A stretch of DNA of 64,000 nt from Sphagnum compactum (lineage: Eukaryota): contig OZ234494.1 of assembly GCA_965153455.1 (NCBI GenBank), positions 8,556,001 to 8,620,000 on the forward strand. The letters are read 5' to 3'. Positions 53,795 to 64,000 of this stretch are shown here, in pieces; within the stretch, counting starts at the first letter, position 1, and each line of letters starts with the position of its first letter. Below the pieces are notes generated by a model. That model saw nothing but the letters and a program-made list of their open reading frames with translations. It made no database searches and had not been told where the DNA came from. The position numbers and the translations under genes were made by a program.

Positions 53795-54950
53795 TTTGGA
53801 TAGGTTTTGGTAGGGTTATGCAATACCCCAAAAGTGTAGAAAGATATTTGATTGACCCAAAAACATTTCTGCAATACCGGACAAGAGTATTGCGATTTAA
53901 TTCCATCCTTCTAGCCATGAGCAATACCCCTTCGTAGATTAAATGAAAAATGATTTTGCCCATGGTGTTTTACAAAATACCCCAATTAGGGTATTGATTT
54001 CCTTCTAGGTTTTTGGTAGGGTTATGTAATACCCCGCTAATTGTCATAATATATGTGATTAACCCAAAGGCATTTTTGGGATACCATGAAAGGGGTAATG
54101 CAGTTTCATTCCATCCTTCTAGCCATGAATGATAAAGGTATTACAATTTAAGTCAATCCTTTTGGCCATGAGCAATACCCCTCGAATAACTTACATGAAA
54201 CATGATGTAACCCATGGCATTTATAAAATACCCCAATTAGGGTATTTATTTCCTTTCAGGTTTTTGGTAGGGTTATGCAATACCCCACATAATGTAGAAA
54301 GATATGTGATTGACCCCAAAGCATTTTTAGGATATTAGACAAAGGTATTGTAATTTAATTCCATCCTTCTAGCCATGAACAATACCCCTCGAATAGCTTA
54401 CACGAAACATGATTTAGCCCATGGCATTTTATAAAATACCCCAATTAGGGTATTTATTTCCCTTCAGGTTTTTGGTAAGGTTATGCAGTACCCCACATAA
54501 TGTAGAAAGATATGTGATTGACCCCAAAGCATTTCTAGGATATCAAACAAAGGTATTGTAATTTAATTCCATCCTTCTGGCCATGAACAAATACCCCTCA
54601 AATAGCTTACACGAAACATGATTTAGCCCATGGCATTTTATAAAATACCCCAATTAGGGTATTTATTTCCTTTCAAGTTTTTGGTCGAGTTATGTAATAC
54701 CCTGTTAATTGTCAAAATATATGTGATTAGCCACTTGGCATTTTCAAGATGCCTTGAGAAAGGTACTACAGCTTTATTTCATCCTTCTAGTCATGAACAA
54801 TACCCTTCTGATAACATAAGCCAAAATGAATAAGCACATGGTGTTTTATAAAGTGCCCCAATACGAGTATTGCAATACCCTTCATAGTGTCCAACCATAG
54901 TTGGTTGGCCCCAAATCATTTTTTGGATACCCGAAAAGGGGTATTGCACG
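53795..54950 (+). repeat. ~208-bp tandem array (~5.5 copies) rich in AATACC/GGTATT
   Basis: CCATCCTTCT recurs at 53903, 54111, 54361 (after a ~42-bp internal duplication), 54569, ~54779. Confidence 0.9.
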
Positions 54951-55249
54951 TTTCTAGATTACATAATGTTGGGTTGAATTGGATTTATACAAGTAAGAAA
55001 TTTTCATTGTTTTGTGCATTACTTGGAGTTTTAGACTTCATTATTAATCGCATCTAGTTGTGATTAACAATTATTCATTAACACAAATCGGGTACCAAAT
55101 CATTTGGATATTATTTTAATGCATGCGTTGGAGTTTCTTTTCCAATGCAAATTGTGCATAATTCAATTTGATTTGGTGAAAGGTGTAAAAAGTTAAGTAT
55201 CAATGAAAATTGAGTCACACATATATTAAATTCAAATATGGGTACAAGT

Positions 55250-56214
55250 GACACCTATTGTGACCGAATTGGAGCATAGCTTGAAGTTGTGTAGGTGTCT
55301 GGATCCCTATGGTGAAAGGGACATTGAATCCCATTCACCTCACTTGCATCCTAGAGATAAAAAAATCATTAGGATGAGCAAAAACCCATGACTGAATGGA
55401 AAATGTTGAGTTTGTGCACAAGTGCCAAGTGCCCCTCTTGTGCTTCTGGGCCAAGTAGGTAATATCTTAGAGTCATAGGAATTCGTCTTAAGTCATTTGT
55501 TCACCTGCATTCGTTCGTGCCCACCAAATTTCCTTGTGCTTGTCATAAATTTGATTCACAGTGTATCCTAACCCATATAAACTCTTTCAACTTGTGAGAT
55601 ACACGTGGAGCAGGCCAACATCTGTGATGTGGACCTTGGGTCACATGCATTGTGAGCAAGATCTCCATTGGCTCGAGTATGAGTCCGATGGTAAAAAGTG
55701 ATTTCCACCACATCTAGCCATGTGTAAAGCCTTTTGATGGAAAAGTGGGCAAACAATCGCGCTTGATTGACCTCATGTAGTTGGGGTCATTGTAGTGGTT
55801 TTCTAGCCCATAACCACATTCATACCTACAAAATAAAGTTTCCACTCAATCAAATCAAAAGACACAAGAGCGACTAACCTTAGAACTTGCAAAAATGACC
55901 AATGGAAAAGGTTTATAGGTTTTGAAACCATACCAAATATGTCCGACGTGATTTTTTATCGTCAATTTTTTTACATTTTTTTGAGGGGACAAATTTGTGG
56001 AGATGTTCCACTTGACCACAATTTGCATATAATCCCTTCGTTCACCCTGCAAAAACTCAGAAACACGAGCATTGGGGATGTATGCGGTTTCAATTGCCAC
56101 CTTTTTTTGGCCTCCATGCCTAAACCCATCTTTCCACACCAAGTGCACATTTGAGAAAAGTGACTTTGTTGGGTTTTGGATTTCGATGGATTAGGACAAT
56201 GGAGTCTGGCCCAT
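55250..56214 (-). pseudogene. MULE/SWIM-family transposase-like pseudogene, N-terminal half
   Basis: Exon 56214-55934, intron, exon from 55825: IEIQNPTKSLFSNVHLVW...IPNARVSEFLQGE...W|YECGYG...SIKRDC..FSIKRLY...H..ANG..AH...PFTIGIQTPTQLQAMLQFGH. Motif order matches my recollection of Arabidopsis At1g60560/At4g13970-type proteins (VQNP..F...L.W, P..RV.EF..GE, RGC..HF.VKRL, F.LGIQT.WQLQQ...FG). Stops and frameshifts; ends before the first catalytic Asp. Confidence 0.7.
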
Positions 56215-57223
56215 GCTTTGAATTGACGAAGGAATAACCCTATATAAGGAATAACCCAACTTGTGAAAACCCATGGAATACCCTCACAAGTTTACAAATT
56301 GTAATAACCTTAATCAACAAAACCCCTAAACCTTATAAGTGAACCTTACCACAACCCATAAACAAGCAATAGTTTACAAATGGAAAAAAAAATCATGCGA
56401 TTATCTTATGGTTATTTAGACTTATGCAAAAAAATAAAAATCCCTATCCTCCTGGAAACAGTCAATTGAATATATGTAGGACTTTTAATTTAGATGTGCA
56501 ATACCCACATGCAATAAATACTTCCATGACCATCCATATACAAGGGGGAACAAAATGCCCTAAGTAAAATCAAAAAAAAAAAAAACATTAATTAAAACCT
56601 AATTTTAAAAAACTAAATGAAAAAAACAAATGAATAGAATCTATAGTGTGTGTCTTACTTCTTACTTTGGTTTTTGCTTGTGAGCCTTTCTCCATTCTCT
56701 TTGCGAGAAAAAAAGAAAAGAAAAAATGTATTGTGGCATATATATGCAAATGCCAAATCCCCTCCAAAATCCATATTAGATTTAGTTTTAATTAGGCTTA
56801 AAAGGTGCAAAAAGTCATAAATGTTTGTTGTCTCCATAACCCAAAATTCTAAAACCCGTGCTAACATAAATAATTGCTAAATTTAATCCACATTACTTAA
56901 GTACATTATTAAAATAAGCAAACAATTTTCTTAATCTAGGCCCCCATGTTGGCTTTGCAATACCCCCCCATCGTGGAAAACATTCCCGGCACAGAACTTG
57001 TAATACCCTAATTGGGGGGTTTCAAATACTCTAGATTTTCAAAAGATTCTGCAATACCTTCAGAACACATAAAAATTGCATGTTTACAACCAATGCCTAT
57101 TTGTAATACCTTTACACAAGGGGATGACAATTACTTTAATCTTGCCCTTATTAATTCTACTCAATGAACAAGACCAAGTTCCATGCAATACCTTCATTTT
57201 ATTCTTTCTTAATTGTTAATGAT

Positions 57224-57876
57224 TGTTAGGGCCAACCACGTAGGTCAGTGTAGCCATGTAGGTGGGGTTTGGTAGGTACCTATTTAAAGTGTTTGTTAAC
57301 AAGTTTTTTTTCTATTCCTATCAAGGTTAATTTACCTTTGGATTTTTCAGCAACAGGTTCTTTAAACAACATGTACATACAATACACAAATAAAACTTAA
57401 ACTACTACAAATCCTAAACTAACATGTACTCAAATTGCTCAAGCTTGAAGGAAATAGGTTGAAAGAAAAATGATCCATGTTCCATAATTGAATAATGAAA
57501 ACACATAATCATGAATGAAATTCAAAAGTCCTTCAATAGGTCTGTCCTCCTAGTTTTATACGAACCAATTCAAAATACAATAGTCATAATTGACCATTAT
57601 AAACAGTCATTAGTTAATACCTAGATTAACAATCCAAAATCTCAAAAAGTACACCCTGCCTAACTACTTGTCCAATTACTAGTTCTGTCAAGTATAGGTT
57701 CTACAAATTACTTGTTGATTAACATGTCAACCTATCTTCTTAACTCAGTCATTACCTACCAAGTTTAATTAACTAGTTAGGGTAATACTATAGGTTAGGT
57801 TAAATAACAAGTTATGATACCTGTTAGGTTTAATAACTTGCTTATATTATCAACCTGTTACCAAATATGGGTAACA
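57224..57876 (-). mobile_element. 3' LTR (~653 bp) of Ty3/gypsy element
   Basis: TGTTA...TAACA inverted termini; directly preceded on the minus strand by a polypurine tract. The left edge could instead be the TGTTA at 57214. Confidence 0.65.
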
Positions 57877-57889
57877 TTATCCCCCTTTG
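57877..57889 (-). other. polypurine tract (PPT)
   Basis: Minus strand reads AAAGGGGGATAA immediately before the TG of the LTR. Confidence 0.7.
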
Positions 57890-58239
57890 AAATCTACATT
57901 TCGTCCTCGAAATGTTGGCTCAAAGTTCCAAATTAAATTTAACCTTCTGTAACCGATTGATTGATGACTTCTTTGACATGTTTAGCACATGTTGCCTCCA
58001 CGAGTTCAACTTGATTCAAGATTTGAAGACTGGTTGGCACTATAATCTTCTATCGATTAGGTGTGTCTTCAAAGGTCGCTGTGGGTGTTGTGGATACCTT
58101 CGAAACATGCAGGGTATTTGATATCAAAGTAACCTCCTGACCTATACCTATCTGGTGTGGGGTTAAAAGTACACTAGTAGATAAGAATTCCAAAGATTCT
58201 AATCTACTGTCTAGTATAGTATATGTAAGATTAACATGT

Positions 58240-61200
58240 TCATCCTATTTCTTGTCAGATCTCTCACTACCTTCCATAGGTTGACTGACAACAATGGTTA
58301 CTAGAACAGGTATAATAAAAGTCTGAACAAGTAAGGGTATGATTTCTAAACTTGTTCCACCTCTTAGTGGACTGATTGGTTTAATAATAGGTTGTACCAT
58401 AGATGGTGTTGCTAGAATTCTGCTACTGGTTCTAATTTCCATAGACACAAAACTCAGTGGTTCATACTTGAAATTAGGGAAAGCAGTTGGTAGGCTTGTA
58501 ACTATGTTCATCAAAGCAAGCCAATTCCATACTGTCCTGAATATGCTCTATGAACTCCTAAACAATTTGCCACCATTCCTTCCACTTGGGGGTTTCTATC
58601 TCCCAAGGCTTGGTTTTGCACCTTGAGTAAAGTATTGTCTGACAACAACTCCTCAAACTCCTTCAACTTGTTGTTCATTCTAACATGTATAATGGGGCTA
58701 GGTTTGTTTAGTTGTACCTTGGTTGTCTCATTTTGACCCTTTTAGTTTTGGATTTGGGTAATGAGAATTTGCTTCTCCTTGTCAAATTTTATGTGGGCAA
58801 TTACCTATTACTCCCTGAGATCTTGATAGGTATGCTCCAAACCAGTTATGATATGTTGTTGTTCCAAACTGGACTCCTCCATTTTGGCATAATCTCGCAT
58901 CATCCGCTCCAAATTAGCTTGGAGAATAGTCAAATCATTATGGGTCTTCCAATTGAGTTGGTTGAGCTTAGCATATTTTTGTTACAGGTTCTCAATTTTC
59001 CTAGCAACTTGTTCTACTTCATTGAACTTATTGGATAGGTTTTGGTTTTCATGCTGGACTTTATTCAATTGTCCTTTGACTATGACCAGTTCTTTGTCAC
59101 AGTTCTTCAAAGTTCTCTACACTATTTCTAGTTCTAGGCTACAGGTTTGTAGGTGGTTATGGGTCTCAAACAAATTTTCCTTGACTTGTTCAAACTCAAC
59201 TCTAAGGTTTGTCAGTTCTTGCAATGTTCTTGACTAGGTTGTAACATTTTGAACAACTTGCTCTAAAAACATGCTAATTTCTCCTAGAGTTTTTGTGGAA
59301 TGACTAGAAATTGGGACAAGTTGAAATCTAGAAAACAATGGGTTTTCTATTTGTACAGGTTCAATTTCAGGTTGGATAGGTTGGAATGATTTTGTAGCTA
59401 CAACTATAGATTCTGTAATGGAAATTACATGTTTAGTAGACACAAGAAGTTCAACTTGAATGTTGTCAATTACCTAGATGCTTCAAGCTCAGATTCTTCT
59501 TCAATGTTGTTTTGCATAACTGTTGCTTCAAGTTCTTCTCCTCCCCTGCCTCTAATCTTATCTAAACAAGTTCGCTCCTCATCCTCTTCTAAATCATTAA
59601 CCGATGATCCAAAAGTAGTCCTGGACTTCTTTCTTGGTGGTGAGGTAATAGGTTTAATGCTTAATTTGACCCTTGGCGTAGGCGGTTTGTACGCGTTTTT
59701 AGTCGATGGGACTGACGTGTGGGTAAAGGTGATGTTGTAGTCAAACGTGCTTGTCTTATTTCTTTCAAGAACTACTCCTTGGTAATAGGTTCAGGTGAAA
59801 CCTGTCACTGTTGTGCAACCTGGTGCTCTTGGTTGGTTGGTGATACAGGTTCTTCTGGAGTTGTTGTTCTTGATGAAGGCACCTTGGACAAAGGGAACCA
59901 CTTCCTAAATAAAATATCTAAGATAGGCCCTAAGTAACAATTATCTGCTTTAGTCTTGCTAAAAATCGGGTTAGTTGTTGTCTTTTTCTGACGTTCAGTC
60001 CAACGAATTAATTCAACTAGTAATTGTGTCAACACTATAGAACACTAGTTAATAGGTTTCCCCTTGTTGGCTAGGTCAAAAGTAATGGCAATCCGATTGC
60101 TGAAATAAGCTAAGTTTTCCCTCTGATATAAAATTTACAAAATAGCTACAAATTTTGCATGAAATTCCTCTTTCATGCGCATTACACTCCACTATTCATT
60201 CTCAACAAAAGCATGTGGTCTTGCAATTCTTTTCAAGGCGATTTTGGCTTCCTCAAAAGTTGCATTAACAACATTTACTATTCCTTCCTTGGAAATTCTC
60301 ATGAATTAGTACCTAATCAATGAAAATTTCTTGACCACGTACTCACCCTAGAATTCTTCCATCTTCCATTGCTTCCTAGGTTTAGGAAATCTCGTAACAT
60401 GTCCTCTTTTGGTGTTGTCCATTGTAGGTTGAATAGGCTTTCCAAACCGACTCATCTAGCCCATTTGAGTTCGTTGGAATCCATCTTCATCCATTGCAAC
60501 ATCTTTTGGCTCTCTTTCGCCTTGGACATTGGTTTCTTCTTAATAGGTTTCTCAACATGTTCTTTTAGAAGCACTTTGCCTTTTCGCTTCATCATAGTTC
60601 TTGTTCTTAATCTTGGGCGTTGAGGAACAATGCTGAAAATAGGTCTCTTTTCAAAAAGTTCTTGGAGAAATACTTTTCCACTACTCACAGGTTGGTGCAG
60701 CTCTTTTTCTTCCACAGGTCTTAATGCAGGAACTGGTTGTGGCTATTCTTGGACAACATGTTGTAATTCCTCCTCTTCCATAGGTCTTAACGCAGAGATT
60801 GATTGTAATTGTTCCTCAACAACAGGTTGAGGTCCAACCTCCACTTCTTCCTCTAAATCTAAAATAACAATAACCCATGTTACTGGTTTTGCTATAGAAG
60901 TAGTGGTTTTCTTTAGAAAGTTCAATGATGTTTTTAATTCCTCTTCCAACTCCCTACTTTTTTGTTCTTGCTCAAAAATTATAAATTTTTCTATTGTAGG
61001 TGCGCATGAAGCAAGCGGTTCTACATAAATCGCTCCAATCAATCAAACCTGTTCCATTCTCTCTTTTTCAATTTGTTCTTCCTAAAAGCTTCAACTTTCC
61101 TTTCAACCTCCTCTCTTGCTTCTCGTTTTAGCCTCTCTAAAGCACTTTCACTCATGGCCCTTGCTAATATGAAGAAGAAAATGAAAACGAAAAGACAGAA

Positions 61201-61344
61201 TGAAAAATGCGACAGTTTTTTATACTGTTTCATGCAAAAATGACTTTGTGGCTGTGAATGGATATAACCTTTAGGGTTAGAGACTCCTAAAAGGTAGGCA
61301 TTAATAAGTGCCTTTCTAAACACATCGTTTGGATCATTACTCAT
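58240..61344 (-). pseudogene. degenerate extra ORF downstream of pol (env-like position): hydrophobic segment, globular core, long coiled coil
   Basis: Chain of same-strand ORF fragments (61344-61039, 61042-60743, 60715-60452, 60035-59805, 59443-59234, 58514-58245); FSFCLFVFIFFFILA segment; heptad-rich E/K/Q/L stretch ~59230-58600. Confidence 0.6.
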
Positions 61345-61358
61345 CGCTAATTATTGTC

Positions 61359-64000
61359 CTAAACAGGCAAATTATGATAATGATGAACAAGCACATCTGT
61401 TGTTTTAATGCTACCATGGGTCAAATGATTACTAACCGGTTCAAACCCTACAAGTTGAAAATCTTTCGGTTCAACTGGTAGTGGTATAGGTTCTTTGGTT
61501 TGAACATGTTCATTAGTGACCAGGTCACTAAATTTAACCAATACAAGTTGCAAGTTTTTTTCTTCAATGAACTCATATGGCTTCAACTTGTTAATGTTGA
61601 CAAGCACTGGGTTAGGATCAAACTTATCAATGGTGACAAGTAAAACAATATTACTAGGTAAACAATATTGTATCCGATAAGGTCCAAACCATTGTCTCTG
61701 AAATTTGGGAGCATGTTTGGAAACAACCCCTAGAAACCATAATACCTAGTCTCCAAATTGAAACTTGGTTTCAATGTACCAATTTTGTGACCACAATGAT
61801 CTATTCCACTGGTTAAAAGTAACTAAATCCTATGCAATCAACGTATTCTCCTATAGTTTCTCTAATTTGGATAGTTGATTAGTTAAGATTCTAATAAGTT
61901 GTGAATATTTGTTATCACTAGGTCTAGATGGTAACATATATTCTGTAAGTAATAATGGATGTAACCCATATACCAATTAAAAGGGGGTATGACCAGTTCC
62001 AACTTTGTAGGCGGTTCAATATGAAAATAAGATTTTGGACAGGTGCTCATCCCAATCATTTCTATTCTCATCAACTAGTTTGGTTAGTAAGGTTCCAAAA
62101 ACCTTATTTGTAGATTCAGCCTGTCCATTTCCTTGTGGATAATAAATAGTAGAACTAATATGTTTAAAAATGAAATGGTCAGTAAGGTATATGATCACAT
62201 CATTGATAAAATGGGTACCTTGATTGGTCACAATGGTTAATGGACATCCAAATCTCATAAGGATGCGTTCGTATAAAAACTTGGTGGTTATTGCAACAAT
62301 GTTGGTGCGGAGTGCTCGGGCTTCCACCCACTTTGTTGCATAATCAGTGGCTACCAAAATGTACTGGTTGCCTAACAATCTACTTGCAAGTTTAACATGT
62401 CCAATAAAATCCAATTCCCATTTTTTAAATGATTCTTCAAGTAATGTGGTAACTAATTTAGCCAAGTTTGGGTCAATAGGTTACCTATTTTTGACATTGG
62501 TAACAGGTTCAACAATATTCATAAACGTTTTGATTCATCGTCAACCACCAATAACTAACATCCAAGATATTTTGCACAGTGATATTAAAAGAGAAATGCC
62601 CTCCTGCAACTCCTCCATGTAATTTTTTCAAAATTGTGGATACATGTTTTGGTTGCAGAACTTGATGAAACCTATTATCTTGTCTGAATCTGTACAATAC
62701 TCCTTTTTGAAGCACAAATGGTTTAGCCTTTTGGGTTAAATACTACCTTTGGGATGTTGTAAGTATTTCTAGCATCATTCCTAATAGGTATTCATACAAA
62801 CTCTATAACCACACAAGTTACAAGGTAAACATGTGAGCATCACATGTTTGATTAGGTTCTTTAATAGGTTCAGTGTGGTTTGGGTAATCTATTCAATGCA
62901 TCTGCCATTAGATGGGATCTAAGGTTTATAAACAATTTTGATGTCATACTCCAAAACTAATAGGAGCCATATAACTAACCTACCAGAAACTTGTGGCTTG
63001 TTAACTAAATATACTAAAGGCATGTGATCCACAAAAAATGTAAACTTGTTGCCTAACAAGTAATGCCTAAATTTGTGTAAGGCATAAACCATAACTAAAG
63101 CCTTTCTTTCTGTAGTAGTATAATTTCGCTCAGCAAAATTAAACAGTATTGATGAGTACATAACAGGTGATCTATTTCACAGGCAATATGGCCCCTACTA
63201 CTAACTAAGACGCATAAGTGTGAACATGAAATTCCAGTTCCCAGTTAAGACTGATAAGTATAGGAGCTTGAATGTATCGGTTCTTGATATCCTCCCAAGC
63301 GATTTGACATTCAGCAATCCACTTGAACACTTTGGTTTTTCTAAATAACTTGGTGATTGGTGCCATAATAAAGGCAAAATTCTTGATGAAATGTAAAATT
63401 GGGCCATTCCATTGAAGACTTGAATTTTGTTAGGTGTTTTGGGCACTGGCATTTTGATTAGAGCCTCTATCTTCTTAAGATCAAGTTCTTCCCCTCTTTG
63501 GAAACTATGAATCCTAAAATGGTTCTAAAGCCTAAATGCACATTTCTTTGGATTCAAACTAATGCCATACTCTCTACATTTTAGAAAACACTTGCTGAGT
63601 TTTTCCTAATGAGTGGAAAGGTCACGAAAAATAGTAAAATCATCTAAAAAGATCTTCATGAACACAACAATGTATTCACGGAAAGCTTTGGTGATTGCCT
63701 TTTAATAGGTCGGTGGTCCATTTTTGACCCCAAAAGGCATTACAACCCATACAAAAGCCCCCCAATCAGTAATAAAGGCGATTTTGTACTGGTCTTTCGG
63801 TGTTATGGAAATTTGAAGGTATCCATAAAAACCATCTAGAAATGTATAAACTTCATGTCCAACTACAGTGTTAATAACCTCATCTGTAAAAGGTAATGGG
63901 TATGGGTGCTTTTAAATAGCTGCATTAAGCTTCTGAAGTCACACAAATTATGAGTTTTCCATTTTTCTTAAGCACTACAACTATAGGTGATAGCCAAGTA
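61359..64000 (-). pseudogene. gypsy pol pseudogene (RT, RNase H, integrase)
   Basis: RT FLDGFYGYLQI..DQYK.AF...MPFGVKNGPPT...KIFLDDF; RH AERNYTTTERKALVMVYALHKFRHYLLG..F..DH; INT LH....GGHF, KWELDFIG..YILVATDYATKWVEA, NQGTHF, YYPQGNGQAESTNK, W.GPY; many stops and frameshifts. Confidence 0.92.

Larger units (their letters stand above)
48005..57200. mobile_element. decayed composite DNA transposon-like element (MULE-related) with two convergent pseudogenes; boundaries approximate
   Basis: Hairpin array, spliced C2H2 pseudogene (+), inverted 208-bp arrays and MULE/SWIM-family transposase-like pseudogene (-); pervasive (GC)AATACC motifs from ~50345 to ~57192 link the parts. TIRs and TSD were not identified. 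Confidence 0.5.
57224..64000 (-). mobile_element. Ty3/gypsy LTR retrotransposon, non-chromoviral (Athila/Tat superclade-like), degenerate, 5' part outside the window
   Basis: Domain order RT-RH-INT, then extra ORF, PPT and LTR on the minus strand. Confidence 0.9.

Noticed and set aside
58339-59937. Plus-strand ORFs inside the gypsy element
   Set aside because: Antisense shadows of the minus-strand extra ORF.

Overview
AT-rich eukaryotic plant DNA with spliceosomal GT-AG introns and interstitial TTTAGGG motifs. Gene and repeat content suggest a bryophyte, probably a Sphagnum-like moss (inference). Two intact genes are supported: an intronless-CDS RR-TZF tandem CCCH zinc-finger gene (34843-37014, +) and a 9-exon 20S proteasome alpha-5 gene (43331-46306, +, 237 aa). 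The first ~33 kb is gene-poor: MITEs, short dispersed repeats, three copies of a Helentron/Helitron2-like element, a decayed RLE-type (CRE/R2-like) LINE fragment and possible pseudogene scraps. The last 16 kb is a nested TE cluster. It contains a decayed ~9 kb composite element (48.0-57.2 kb) with an array of ~16 hairpin units, a spliced C2H2 zinc-finger pseudogene (+) interrupted by a solo LTR with a 5-bp TSD, two mutually inverted ~208-bp arrays and a convergent MULE/SWIM-family transposase-like pseudogene (-). A minus-strand non-chromoviral Ty3/gypsy element follows (3' LTR, PPT, long extra ORF, INT, RH, RT) and runs off the window. No tRNA, rRNA or CRISPR was seen. All homology calls are by-eye motif recognition, not database searches.
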